A DNA stretch of 28,256 nucleotides from a virus (lineage: Duplodnaviria; Caudoviricetes). The notes beneath the pieces are model-generated. The model had not been told where the DNA came from and did not search any database. It saw only the letters and a list, made by a program, of their open reading frames with translations. The stretch spans positions 1-28,256 of the IMG/VR virus record IMGVR_UViG_3300036982_000017. One strand, given 5' to 3'. Below, one piece after another: positions 8,002-17,440 of this stretch. Both the position numbers and the translations under genes were made by a program. How positions within the stretch are numbered: the stretch's first letter is position 1; every line of letters starts with the position of its first letter.

Positions 8002-9630
8002 ATGGCTGAACCATACAACCCGTATCAGGGGCAGACCCTATCACCATATGAGCCGACGCTGCGCGACCGTATTGCCGCTATGCTGCTTGGGTCGAACCCA
8101 TCATTCGACAAGCGTCGCTCTATCGAGGGGCTTATCGGTTCCTCTGGGCTTGGCACTACCGGCTTCAGCTTGGCTGACATGACCGGCGTAGGCGGATTGC
8201 TTGACGCGCAGCAGGAAGCTGCGTCTGGCAATTATCGCAATGCGGCAATGGCTATTATGCCCGGCGCTGGGCCGTTGAAGAATATGGTCAACAAGACTGT
8301 CGCAAGAGGAATACTTGGGGGTGCAGAAAAGGTATCTGAGGCTGAGATAAAAGATTTTGTCCCGTCGTTTGGTGGCCTGATGTCTAATTCTCCTTTGGCG
8401 TCGGTAAATCTTCCTGCTGGTTCTCGGCCAGAATATCTCGGTGCGGCTATAGATCGGTCTGCTGGTGATTATCCACGGTATACCCCATCAAAGGGAACGA
8501 CAGACAGGATGAATCGGCTGATGTTAGCCGCGTCCGACCCAGAAAATCCTTTATCGTCAATTTTTGACGAAAAGATTGCTAAGGGTATCTCATTAAAAGG
8601 GCCAGACTGGTACAATACTGAAGAGTTGCGCGACTGGTTCGTTAATTCTCTCGGCGAAAAGCAGGGCGACGCTGAGTGGCGCGACTATATGATGAAGATA
8701 GGCGCTACATCGACAGGCGCAAAGGTGCCGCAAAACATCCGCATGGCTAGCTTCTATCGCGCCCTTGGCGATGACGCACCACGGGTAGCCGAATTGGTGA
8801 GCGCAGAGGGTATTACTCCAGCGGAGGCAGCCCTTCGGCTAAATATAGAAATTCCGAATATGCCGAGTGACTACAATTATGGCCATATCAAGCAGCGCAA
8901 TCAGGCGTCAAATATCTCTAACCAATCTTCGGGTGCTTGGGAAGTTCAACCACCGCCGGAGTTAAAGGGCGCAGCCTTATCTAAGTGGCTTCAAGCCAAT
9001 CCAAAGGTAAAGGGTTTTGCAAACGACTTGCTTGGGAACAAGAAAAACATCGCAGCAGATATGCACTTTATGCGGCTGCTCGCGATGGCAGACGGAAGCC
9101 CTGACTTCCTTACTGGTCAGGCCAAGCTAAACAAGGATCAGATCGGACAACTAGTTGAAACCTATGGCAAGAAAATCAAGCCATACATCATTAAGAGAGA
9201 TGCCAAGGGCAAGGAAGTTGTTGAGGTCAATCTTGCCAAGGCTGTGAAGGATGGATTGATCACCGACACTAAATTATTTTCAAATATGCCATCGGCATGG
9301 GCAGACACTCCCGGTGCCACTGAGTACGGCTCGTATGAGAACATGGCGCAAGCTGTAGCCAAGAGATACGACATGACGCCAGCGCAGTTTCAGGCATCCT
9401 TGTGGATGGGTGCCGGTGACCTGACAAATCTAGCGGACGAAAGCCAAGGCACGTTCATGGACTTATTCAGGCGCTCGCTCGACAAGAGAGCCGGGCAACG
9501 CAATCTGTCACGCGAGGATATGCTGCGCGACTTCATCGTCAATAAGGCTCCTCTCGGGTTTGCTGGGGCCACAGCTGCCGGTGCCGGTTATGGGTTGCTA
9601 GGCCAGCCGCAGGAAGATCAGGTATATTGA
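8002..9630 (+). CDS. Inserted 542-aa protein with HhH-GPD DNA-glycosylase-like motifs; possible injected protein
   Basis: DWY, NPKVKGFANDLLG, IAADMHFMR, EY..YE....AVA....TPAQFQASLW. Visibly AT-richer codon usage than its neighbours; RBS AGGAG. Confidence 0.5.
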   Translation: MAEPYNPYQGQTLSPYEPTLRDRIAAMLLGSNPSFDKRRSIEGLIGSSGLGTTGFSLADMTGVGGLLDAQQEAASGNYRNAAMAIMPGAGPLKNMVNKTVARGILGGAEKVSEAEIKDFVPSFGGLMSNSPLASVNLPAGSRPEYLGAAIDRSAGDYPRYTPSKGTTDRMNRLMLAASDPENPLSSIFDEKIAKGISLKGPDWYNTEELRDWFVNSLGEKQGDAEWRDYMMKIGATSTGAKVPQNIRMASFYRALGDDAPRVAELVSAEGITPAEAALRLNIEIPNMPSDYNYGHIKQRNQASNISNQSSGAWEVQPPPELKGAALSKWLQANPKVKGFANDLLGNKKNIAADMHFMRLLAMADGSPDFLTGQAKLNKDQIGQLVETYGKKIKPYIIKRDAKGKEVVEVNLAKAVKDGLITDTKLFSNMPSAWADTPGATEYGSYENMAQAVAKRYDMTPAQFQASLWMGAGDLTNLADESQGTFMDLFRRSLDKRAGQRNLSREDMLRDFIVNKAPLGFAGATAAGAGYGLLGQPQEDQVY

Positions 9631-9887
9631 TGACCCCGCACGAACTCGAAGATATCTACCGCGCTGCGACAGCACTGTCGCGTGACAGGGCGACGGACGA
9701 AGTCCTGCGCCGCATGGAGCAGGCGTATGTCGAGAAATGGAAGATGTCGCACCCGGATCGGGGCGACGATAGGGATGATGCGTACCGGATGGTGCGTGCC
9801 ATAGGCGAGTTCAGGAGCGAGCTAACTGCGCTGGCCGCAGAGCCGACTGTGACCGCTTTCAACCGCCGCTTGAAACGCGGCCCATAA
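9627..9887 (+). CDS. Small helical protein preceding scaffold
   Basis: 86 aa, overlaps the previous stop; typical position in podovirus head modules. Confidence 0.7.
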   Translation: MMTPHELEDIYRAATALSRDRATDEVLRRMEQAYVEKWKMSHPDRGDDRDDAYRMVRAIGEFRSELTALAAEPTVTAFNRRLKRGP

Positions 9888-9900
9888 GGGAGTATTTAAG

Positions 9901-10926
9901 ATGGTATCAGCCGAACAATCCCAAGGCGGGGAACTCGGTATTGCAGAAGTAGCAGCGCAAATGGATGCCCTACTGGGAGCCAGAGATGGCCAACCCGAAG
10001 CACCCAAGAGAACCGCTACCACTGCCGAGGCTCCAGAAGCCGAGGCGTCGGATTATGAAGGCGAAGAGACTGAATCGGATGGGGCCGACCCAGCGTATGA
10101 CGCTGCTCCTGAAGGTGAAGAGCCGGAGTATTCCGAGGAGACTGAAGGGGCAGATACAGAGCCGCTTCCGCTTGACGCACTCGTCACCGTTAAGATTAAC
10201 GGCAAGACTGAGAACATCACGCTGAAGGAGGCTCTCGAAGGCTACCAACGGAACTCCGATTACACGCGGAAGACGCAGGCGCTAAAGCAGGAGGTGCAGA
10301 CCTTCGCGCAGGAGCGCCAGCAAGTGGAAGTGGAGAGGCAGCAGTACGGGCAGCTCATTAATGCGCTGCACCAGCAGCTACAGCAATTCGCGCCGCAGGA
10401 ACCCAACTGGGAACAACTGCATCGCGATGACCCGCTCAACTTCCCAATCGTCGAGAAGCAGTGGCGAGACTATAAGGAGCGCGTGGCTGCGACAGGAGCC
10501 GAGCGCGAACGTATGGCTCACATGGCATCTCAGCAGGAGCAGGCGCAGCTTCATCACATGGTCGAGCGTGGTAGGGAATACCTGTTCGACAAGGTGCCGG
10601 AGTGGAAAGACGAGAAGAAGTGGAACGAGGCAAGGAGCAGGCTTCGCGACTATGGCCAGAAGGTTGGCTATACGGACGAGGAACTCGGAGCCGCATACGA
10701 TCCACGGGCGATCTTGGTGCTTGATAAAGCGAGACGCTACGACGCAATGATGGCCAATCGACCGAAGCCTGATCAGGCTAATGGGCCGAAGCCAATGCGT
10801 TCAGGCACTATCGCGAACACTCCACGCGCAGCGACGGAAATTTCTCGTGCAAAGGATCGTCTCAGTAAAACCGGTAGCGTCGACGACGCTGCTAAACTTT
10901 TTGGACTTCTCGACAGGAGAAAATAG
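9901..10926 (+). CDS. Capsid scaffolding protein
   Basis: Acidic disordered N-terminus, VTVKINGK...TLKE...GYQRNSDYTRKTQ, coiled coil, C-terminal KTGSVDDAA; directly before MCP. Confidence 0.85.
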   Translation: MVSAEQSQGGELGIAEVAAQMDALLGARDGQPEAPKRTATTAEAPEAEASDYEGEETESDGADPAYDAAPEGEEPEYSEETEGADTEPLPLDALVTVKINGKTENITLKEALEGYQRNSDYTRKTQALKQEVQTFAQERQQVEVERQQYGQLINALHQQLQQFAPQEPNWEQLHRDDPLNFPIVEKQWRDYKERVAATGAERERMAHMASQQEQAQLHHMVERGREYLFDKVPEWKDEKKWNEARSRLRDYGQKVGYTDEELGAAYDPRAILVLDKARRYDAMMANRPKPDQANGPKPMRSGTIANTPRAATEISRAKDRLSKTGSVDDAAKLFGLLDRRK

Positions 10927-10928
10927 TC

Positions 10929-11909
10929 ATGGCTTCAGTTACAAAAGCGACCACCTATCAGGCGGTCAATTCGATGCGCGAAGACCTTTCAAACATCATC
11001 TACAACATCAGCCCAACCAGCACCCCGATGACCTCGAATATCGGTCGTGACACGGCTGACAACACATATTTCGAGTGGCAAACAGACCAGCTCGCAGCAG
11101 CAGACGGCTCGAACGCAGCAGTCGAAGGCGCAACCGCCGGTGACGCTGACTTCGTTGCCACCAACCGCGTCGCGAACTACACGCAGATTTCCACGAAGAT
11201 CGTGGCCGTCTCCGGCACCGCACAGTCGGTCAACATGGCCGGTATGCGCACTCTCTTGGCCTACGAAACGGCTAAGAAGGCGAAGGAGTTGAAGCGCGAC
11301 GTCGAGAAGATCATCTGCTCGAACCAAGCCGCTTCTGCTGGTAACTCGTCAACAGCCCGTACCACTGCCGGTTTGCCTGCATGGCTCCGCACCAACAGCA
11401 TCGCCAACAGCGCAGTAGCACCTACGCTGTCGTCCTCGCCAAACGGCTATCCAAACGCCGCTTGGACATCGCTCTCGACCTCGACTGACGTCGCCTTCAC
11501 CGAGACGATGTTGAAGACCGCGATCCAGAGCGTCTGGACGCAGGGCGGTGAGCCGTCGATCCTGATGACCGGTCCATACAACAAGACCGTCGCATCCGGC
11601 TTCGCTGGCCTTGCTGCGCAGCGTATGTACAACGACTCAGCAGCGCCGTTGAAGATTGTCGCAACGGCAGATATCTATCTTTCTGATTTTGGGAGCGTGA
11701 GCATCGTCCCGAACCGGTTTTTCGACGAGCGCTTCGCTATCGTCATGGACCCAGAGTACGCCTCTATCTCGTACCTCCGCCCATACGAAACCCTCGACAT
11801 CGCCGCCGTTGGCGACTCGACGAAGAAGGAACTCATCGTGGAATACGGCCTGCGCGTGAAGAACGAGCTATCCGCTGCCGCGATTGCGAACCTCACACCA
11901 TCTGCTTAA
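10929..11909 (+). CDS. Major capsid protein (SU10-like / DUF5309-like, HK97 fold)
   Basis: REDLSNIIYNISPTSTP, FEWQTD, NYTQIS, KELKRDVE, YLSDFG, EYGL; strong codon bias; RBS AGGAG. Confidence 0.9.
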   Translation: MASVTKATTYQAVNSMREDLSNIIYNISPTSTPMTSNIGRDTADNTYFEWQTDQLAAADGSNAAVEGATAGDADFVATNRVANYTQISTKIVAVSGTAQSVNMAGMRTLLAYETAKKAKELKRDVEKIICSNQAASAGNSSTARTTAGLPAWLRTNSIANSAVAPTLSSSPNGYPNAAWTSLSTSTDVAFTETMLKTAIQSVWTQGGEPSILMTGPYNKTVASGFAGLAAQRMYNDSAAPLKIVATADIYLSDFGSVSIVPNRFFDERFAIVMDPEYASISYLRPYETLDIAAVGDSTKKELIVEYGLRVKNELSAAAIANLTPSA

Positions 11910-11916
11910 TATGATC

Positions 11917-11938
11917 GGGGCCGGGTAACACCGGCCCC
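11917..11938 (+). terminator. GC hairpin after MCP without U-tract (leaky terminator or mRNA-stabilising stem)
   Basis: GGGGCCGG-GTAACA-CCGGCCCC, followed by CCTCAC rather than a T run. Confidence 0.55.
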
Positions 11939-11959
11939 CCTCACACATAGGAACCACAG

Positions 11960-12286
11960 ATGGCCGAAGAGTTTGCCCCCGGAGTGTTCACACTCGGTTA
12001 CGATTCATTCTCAGGCGAGTTGTCGAAGATGCACGTCGACACCGACGGCAAGATGCACTTCACGAACGAGACGCAGATCGACGCGATTGCTGAAGAGAAC
12101 ATCGCAATCCGCAACGACATCTCCCGCACTACGAAATCAGGCGACATGGTGCGAGTTGCTCGCATCCCGATGTCCGTCCACCTCGACCTTATGCAGCGCG
12201 GTATCCTGCGCGATAATATCGCAATGCGCCGCTGGCTGAAGTCTGAAGAAGCCGCCCCATACAAGACGCACTGGATGAACGGATGA
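11960..12286 (+). CDS. Conserved hypothetical virion-module protein
   Basis: 108 aa, RBS TAGGA, coupled to adaptor (ATGA); VARIP...RRWL motif. Confidence 0.7.
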   Translation: MAEEFAPGVFTLGYDSFSGELSKMHVDTDGKMHFTNETQIDAIAEENIAIRNDISRTTKSGDMVRVARIPMSVHLDLMQRGILRDNIAMRRWLKSEEAAPYKTHWMNG

Positions 12287-12903
12287 CCACAATCACCGAC
12301 TACGCATCTCTCCAGTCGCAGATCGCGGCTTGGCTCAACCGGGAAGACCTCACGGCTCAGATACCCGTGTTCATCCAGTTCGTTGAGGCCGACATCAATA
12401 CGCGCCTGCGCACCCGTGAGATGATTGTTCGTGCGACCGCCACCAGCTCGGCTGAGTACGTACAGCTACCGGCAGACTGGCTCGAGGCCATCAACCTCCA
12501 CATCGTCGACGGCCAGCAGCCGATCCGCTTCGTGACGCTCGACGAGGCAGACCGCATCAACAAGCAGCAGTACTACACCGCGTCGACGTTCTACTCTCTG
12601 ATGAACGGCGCAATCGAACTCGTACCGGCACCCGGCGACGATTTAGAGATCGAGATGATCTACTACGGCAAGGTTCCCGCTCTCACGACATCTGCGACGA
12701 CGAACTGGCTTCTCACAAAAGCGCCAGACCTGTACCTGTACGGCGCACTCGTACACGCATCACCGTTCCTGATGGACGATCAGCGCATCCCGACATTCGC
12801 GTCTATGTACTCGACGCGCTTTGAGGCTCTCAACGATGAGAGCAAGACGTCAACGCACTCCGGTGGGCCTCTCGTTGCCCGTACACGCATCACTTACGGA
12901 TAA
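12283..12903 (+). CDS. Head-tail adaptor / tail tubular protein A-like
   Basis: ITDYASLQSQIAAWLNREDL, LPADWL, TNWLL...PDLYLYGAL; position after MCP. Confidence 0.75.
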   Translation: MTTITDYASLQSQIAAWLNREDLTAQIPVFIQFVEADINTRLRTREMIVRATATSSAEYVQLPADWLEAINLHIVDGQQPIRFVTLDEADRINKQQYYTASTFYSLMNGAIELVPAPGDDLEIEMIYYGKVPALTTSATTNWLLTKAPDLYLYGALVHASPFLMDDQRIPTFASMYSTRFEALNDESKTSTHSGGPLVARTRITYG

Positions 12904-12912
12904 GGAGCTACC

Positions 12913-13305
12913 ATGCCCGGCTTTACCAATTTCTCTGAGGACTTGGTCCTCGATTTTCTATTCACGGCAGGAACGGCCACTCGCCCGACGGCGTGGTATG
13001 TCGCTCTCTACACGGTAGCGCCCGGCGAGACGGGTGGTGGCACGGAGTGCTCGGGGACGTCATACGTCCGCCAGAGCGCATCGTTCACCGTGTCAGGCAC
13101 AGCGCCATCGCAGGCTGCAAACAGTGCCGCAGTCGAGTTCCCGACCGCTGGCGGTTCGTGGGGTACGATTGTAGCGGCAGGCGTGTTCGACGCCTCGACT
13201 TCAGGCAACCTCCTCGCATACGCCGCCCTGACGACGTCGAAGACAATCGACACGGGCGACGTCCTGCGCTTCAACACCGGCACCCTCATCGTAACGCTCG
13301 ACTAA
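12913..13305 (+). CDS. Tail/virion structural protein
   Basis: YVALYT..PGE.G...E.SG..Y.RQ, FP.A..SWGTI, FDASTSGNLL; RBS AAGGAG. Confidence 0.7.
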   Translation: MPGFTNFSEDLVLDFLFTAGTATRPTAWYVALYTVAPGETGGGTECSGTSYVRQSASFTVSGTAPSQAANSAAVEFPTAGGSWGTIVAAGVFDASTSGNLLAYAALTTSKTIDTGDVLRFNTGTLIVTLD

Positions 13306-13306
13306 T

Positions 13307-14131
13307 ATGGCGAACGGTCGCGACTACGGCTCATTCGACTACGGCATAGGCGTATACGGTCAGGCTCTGATCGTAGACGCCGCAGTCACTATGGCAGCGA
13401 CCAGCAGCGCATCTGCCGCAGCCATACAGAGATCGGTGGCGTCTGCTACCGCAGCGGTTCAGAGTAACGCCACGGCGACCGTGGTGCGCATTGAAGCTGC
13501 CGCGATGTCCGCAAGCGCCACGACCGGCGCGTCCGCCGTTGCGGTTATGATTGTCGTGGCCGCAGAGACGATCTCGGCAACGTCAAACGCATCAGCAGCC
13601 GCACAGCGCGTGCGCACTGCGTCGATCACGGCGGCGGCTCAGAGTAGTGCTGCGGCGACATCAATCCGCGTGCAGCCAGCCTCCGCTACGGGCGCGGCAC
13701 AGAGCGGCGGTACGGCTGATCCGTATGTCGTTCAGCTCGCTGCGGCCACTGGTGCGGCGACGTCTGCGGCTACGGCTGCGGTCGTTCGGATCAGGTCTGC
13801 CGCGATCACAGCCGCAGCCACCAGCTCCGCGAGTGCGGGTGGCACTGCGACTTATTCTGGTGTATGTAATATCGAAGCACAGAGCGCGGCAGAGGCCGTC
13901 CCAGTGCGAGTACTATTCGGCATCGCGTCGTCGATTGTCGTGTCAAGCATGACGGCGAACGGTCGCTACCTGTGGGAGCCAGACGCGGTACCCGCAGAGA
14001 CATGGGCAGCCGAGACGGTGTCGGACGAGATGTGGACGCCGGTGGGCAACTCTGGCGGTTCGTGGGCGGTTCTGGACGTGGCGAGCGATACTTGGACACC
14101 GGCGAGCGTATCGCCACAGACATGGCAGTAG
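13307..14131 (+). CDS. Ala-rich repetitive fibre-like protein with YG-rich N-terminus and 10-aa Trp-periodic C-terminus
   Basis: DYGSFDYGIGVYG; ~21-aa A/S/T repeats; six Trp residues spaced exactly 10 aa apart at the C-terminus. Confidence 0.7.
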   Translation: MANGRDYGSFDYGIGVYGQALIVDAAVTMAATSSASAAAIQRSVASATAAVQSNATATVVRIEAAAMSASATTGASAVAVMIVVAAETISATSNASAAAQRVRTASITAAAQSSAAATSIRVQPASATGAAQSGGTADPYVVQLAAATGAATSAATAAVVRIRSAAITAAATSSASAGGTATYSGVCNIEAQSAAEAVPVRVLFGIASSIVVSSMTANGRYLWEPDAVPAETWAAETVSDEMWTPVGNSGGSWAVLDVASDTWTPASVSPQTWQ

Positions 14132-14140
14132 GAGACAACG

Positions 14141-15523
14141 ATGGCCGATAGCTATACCGCAAACCTCAACCTGACGAAGCCGGAAGTCGGTGCGTCACGG
14201 GATACGTGGGGTACGAAGACGAACTCGGACTGGGACACGGTAGACGCACTGTTCGCTGCCGCAGGAACCGGCACCTCCGTCGGGTTGAACGTCGGCTCGG
14301 GCAAGACGCTGAAGGTCGCGGGGACGCTATCTCTCACGGGTTCATTGAACGGTGGCGGGACCATCAATAACGTCGCGATTGGCGGGACTACGGCTGCGGC
14401 TGGGGCGTTCACGACGCTATCAGCGACAGGCGTCACGACTGTCCAAGCGGGAACAGCGGCTCTTCCAGCACTTACTACAACGGGCGACACTAACACGGGC
14501 ATCTTCTTCCCTGCCGCTGATACGATTGCATTTGCTGAGGGCGGTGCGGAGGCCATGAGAATTGATACCGCTGGCGATGTAGGTATCGGCACAACTAACC
14601 CAATAGAAAAATTGTCAGTTGTTGGTCAGATATCTACTTCTGGCGCAGTCGGTGGTTTTTTACTGAGAGATAGAGCAACCAGTGCTTCAAGTTCTCAATG
14701 GTATTCACCAAGTGTAGGGAATACAAGATTATTTGATACAACCACAAGCACTGATAGAATAATTATTGATTCGTCTGGCAATGTTGGGATTGGATCAACG
14801 TCACCAGAGTCTTTTGGTGGAGGACATAAAACACTTGAAGTCTCTGGTTCTACCAACACAGAGGGCGGGGTATTTAAGACAGCAACATCTGGGTCTGCTG
14901 GTTCCGGCACAACTGGCATAGAAATGCTAATGTTTACCGACAGTGTCGCTGGTAAAGTAAGTGTTGTTACAGCAAACCCTCTTATTTTTTACACCTCTAA
15001 TGCTGAACGTATGCGTATCGACTCTTCTGGCATTGTCACCGGAACCGCTGGTAATTTGATGCTTATTAGTGGGACTGCTGTTGCCTCTACCTCTGGCACT
15101 AGCATTGACTTTACTGGCATCCCGTCTTGGGTAAAACGTATTACGGTAATGTTCAATGGCGTAAGCACTAACGGGTCATCTTTTGGCCTTGTACAGCTTG
15201 GCGACAGCGGAGGAATTGAGAATACGGGATATACGGGCAGCAATGCGTTCAGTGGCGGCTCCTCTACGGGAGCAAACCCGACAACGGGTTTTGGGTATGG
15301 CAACAACGGTGCGGCATTTACGTTTTCTGGAAACATGACCATAACAAACGTGTCTGGGAACATTTGGGCCGCCGCTTGTGTTGGAGGCGGGACAAACACC
15401 GCTCTTGCTATTCTTGGTGGCGGTAATAAAACGCTGTCTGCTGTTCTTGACCGTGTTCGCATCACCACTGTAAACGGCACTGATACCTTCGACGCTGGCT
15501 CGATAAACATATTATATGAGTGA
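14141..15523 (+). CDS. Tail fibre protein
   Basis: N-terminal anchor [17 protein letters not shown]; repeated RID..G.VGIG hinge units; C-terminal [19 protein letters not shown]...[23 protein letters not shown] receptor-binding-type domain. Confidence 0.85.
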   Translation: MADSYTANLNLTKPEVGASRDTWGTKTNSDWDTVDALFAAAGTGTSVGLNVGSGKTLKVAGTLSLTGSLNGGGTINNVAIGGTTAAAGAFTTLSATGVTTVQAGTAALPALTTTGDTNTGIFFPAADTIAFAEGGAEAMRIDTAGDVGIGTTNPIEKLSVVGQISTSGAVGGFLLRDRATSASSSQWYSPSVGNTRLFDTTTSTDRIIIDSSGNVGIGSTSPESFGGGHKTLEVSGSTNTEGGVFKTATSGSAGSGTTGIEMLMFTDSVAGKVSVVTANPLIFYTSNAERMRIDSSGIVTGTAGNLMLISGTAVASTSGTSIDFTGIPSWVKRITVMFNGVSTNGSSFGLVQLGDSGGIENTGYTGSNAFSGGSSTGANPTTGFGYGNNGAAFTFSGNMTITNVSGNIWAAACVGGGTNTALAILGGGNKTLSAVLDRVRITTVNGTDTFDAGSINILYE

Positions 15524-15530
15524 GGAACAC

Positions 15531-15830
15531 ATGGAACGGATAGAGGTTAACGTAACGACGGGCGAGCAGACGATCATCACAATACCGGATGATGAAGCCG
15601 CTGAGATAATTGCCCGTGCTGCCCAGATAAATGCAGATGAAGCACTACCAAAATTGCGTAGGCAACGCGATGAATTTCTTCGTGAAAGCGATACTGAAGT
15701 GCTACCAGATCGCTGGGCAGCAATGCCCACCGAGACGCAGACAGCTTGGGCGACATACCGTCAGGCTTTGCGTGACCTACCAGCGACCACGGCTGACGCG
15801 CTCAATCCAGTTTGGCCCACCAAACCGTAA
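15531..15830 (+). CDS. Tail fibre assembly chaperone
   Basis: LRRQRDEFL.ESD, WATYRQALRDLP, C-terminal WPTKP; GAGGA RBS favours ATG 15531. Confidence 0.8.
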   Translation: MERIEVNVTTGEQTIITIPDDEAAEIIARAAQINADEALPKLRRQRDEFLRESDTEVLPDRWAAMPTETQTAWATYRQALRDLPATTADALNPVWPTKP

Positions 15831-15839
15831 GAGGGTTTT

Positions 15840-16019
15840 ATGGCCATCCACGAAACCAAACTTGTAATTGATTCAACCATAGCGACGGGTGCTATCACAA
15901 TGCCGCTATGGATGACGGAATTGCAGGGTTGGATTGGTTTTGCCATTGCCGTCGGTGGCTTAGTTCTTGTCGTGATCCGTATTATTATTGCCATAAGAGA
16001 CTGGCAGAAGGGTTCTTAA
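15840..16019 (+). CDS. Small membrane protein, holin-like (59 aa)
   Basis: Not in ORF track: MAIHETKLVIDSTIATGAITMPLWMTELQGWIGFAIAVGGLVLVVIRIIIAIRDWQKGS*. GAGGG RBS; exactly fills the gap between neighbours. Confidence 0.7.
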   Translation: MAIHETKLVIDSTIATGAITMPLWMTELQGWIGFAIAVGGLVLVVIRIIIAIRDWQKGS

Positions 16020-16490
16020 ATGGATCCTTTTACGCTTATCGGAACCGCAGTAAGTCTATTTTCTTCACTTAAAGCAGCCGTCGATAGTGGACACGAAATG
16101 CTAGACGTTGCAGACCGAGTCTCAACGCTCTTCGGTCGCATCGCCCAGATCACGCAGCTCACTAGCGGCAAGCGCAAGAAAAAGCTCTTCCAGAGCCAAG
16201 CCGAATACGAGGCCGAGGCGATCAAGCTGTACTCGCTGAAGCAGAAGGCGCAGAAACTACAACTAGATACACGCAATCTATTTGTTTCTGTATACGGCGT
16301 GGGAGCGTGGTCGGCCATTCAAAAAGAGATAATCGAGGCCCGTAAGGAAGCCCAGCGACAGATACTTGCAGCGCAGCGCGAAGCTGAAGAGAACCGCAAA
16401 GACCTAATCATGGGCGCGTGGCTCATCGGTGCCGTAATATTATTCGCCGCCTGCGTTGGCATCGGCATGGTGGTGTTTACGCATAAATGA
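16020..16490 (+). CDS. Coiled-coil protein with C-terminal transmembrane helix
   Basis: MDPFTLI... amphipathic N-terminus, coiled coil, C-terminal LIMGAWLIGAVILFAACVGIGMVVF. Confidence 0.7.
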   Translation: MDPFTLIGTAVSLFSSLKAAVDSGHEMLDVADRVSTLFGRIAQITQLTSGKRKKKLFQSQAEYEAEAIKLYSLKQKAQKLQLDTRNLFVSVYGVGAWSAIQKEIIEARKEAQRQILAAQREAEENRKDLIMGAWLIGAVILFAACVGIGMVVFTHK

Positions 16491-16669
16491 AGTACCTTGT
16501 CATAGTCATGATGATAGTCTTAACCGGGTGCGAGGACCGCTACCGATACCCGTGTCAAGACCCCAAGAACTGGGACTCACCTGAATGCAATCCTCCTATT
16601 TGCACAGCCTCTGGAACCTGTTCCGCAGACACCCTGAAACAAAACCCCTGCGGAGCCGTAGCGAGATGA
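16487..16669 (+). CDS. Small Cys-rich lipoprotein
   Basis: Signal MKYLVIVMMIV + lipobox LTGC; five further Cys; ATGA overlaps on both sides. Confidence 0.75.
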   Translation: MKYLVIVMMIVLTGCEDRYRYPCQDPKNWDSPECNPPICTASGTCSADTLKQNPCGAVAR

Positions 16670-16920
16670 GGATCAAGGAAGACGAACTCCACGCCCTTCT
16701 CCAGTTTATCATCGGGATAAGTCTATGCCTGACGCTGACGGGTACTGTGTTCGCCGTGCTGTACAGCCTGATCTTCGTCGTGCAGCCGATTGACGGGCAG
16801 GCTCCAAACGATCAGGAGTTCTTCAAGCTGATCGCACCTATCGCAACATTCTTAACAGGCACTTTGTCGGGCATCATGCTTGGCAGCAAATCTACCGGAG
16901 ACAAAAATGGACCTACTTAA
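16666..16920 (+). CDS. Two-TM membrane protein (84 aa)
   Basis: ATG 16666 (MRIKEDEL...) with two hydrophobic segments; coupled to the lipoprotein gene. Confidence 0.7.
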   Translation: MRIKEDELHALLQFIIGISLCLTLTGTVFAVLYSLIFVVQPIDGQAPNDQEFFKLIAPIATFLTGTLSGIMLGSKSTGDKNGPT

Positions 16921-17440
16921 ACAATTCGGGCCGCTACTATCCTCGGTAGCCCCTAGTATCGCTACGGCTCTAGGAGGCCCACTAGCTGGCCTTGCTGTCA
17001 AATCCCTATCTAAGGCACTGCTGGGTGCTGAAGACTTCTCAGAGGAAGCCGTAATGGAAGCTATGGCTACGGCATCGCCAGAGCAGTTGGCTGCCGTGAA
17101 AAAGATCGACGCTGACTTCAAAGTGCAGATGAAGAGCTTAGACATTGATCTGGAGCGCATTGCTGTCGATGATCGCAAGTCGGCTCGAACGATGCAGACG
17201 GAAACGAAGGACATCCTGCCACGACTGCTGGCGATCAGCGTGACGCTGGGCTATTTCGGCATCATTGCCTACGTCTTGGTCAGCGGACTGCCAATGAACG
17301 GCTCGGAAGTGTTGCTCATGCTACTCGGTACTCTATCAGCCGGGTGGACAGGCGTCATGGCGTTTTACTTTGGCTCATCATCTGGCTCCCAGAAAAAGGA
17401 CGCCATGATCCACAACTCAATACCGAGGGACGAGAAATGA
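16907..17440 (+). CDS. Holin-like protein (3TM gene-transfer-release type)
   Basis: VAPSIATALGGPLAG, DRKSAR, TM segments, FYFGSSSGSQKKD; immediately upstream of the endolysin. Confidence 0.7.
   Translation: MDLLKQFGPLLSSVAPSIATALGGPLAGLAVKSLSKALLGAEDFSEEAVMEAMATASPEQLAAVKKIDADFKVQMKSLDIDLERIAVDDRKSARTMQTETKDILPRLLAISVTLGYFGIIAYVLVSGLPMNGSEVLLMLLGTLSAGWTGVMAFYFGSSSGSQKKDAMIHNSIPRDEK

Noticed and set aside
14141-15523. Diversity-generating retroelement target in the tail fibre
   Set aside because: No reverse transcriptase or template repeat visible in the window.
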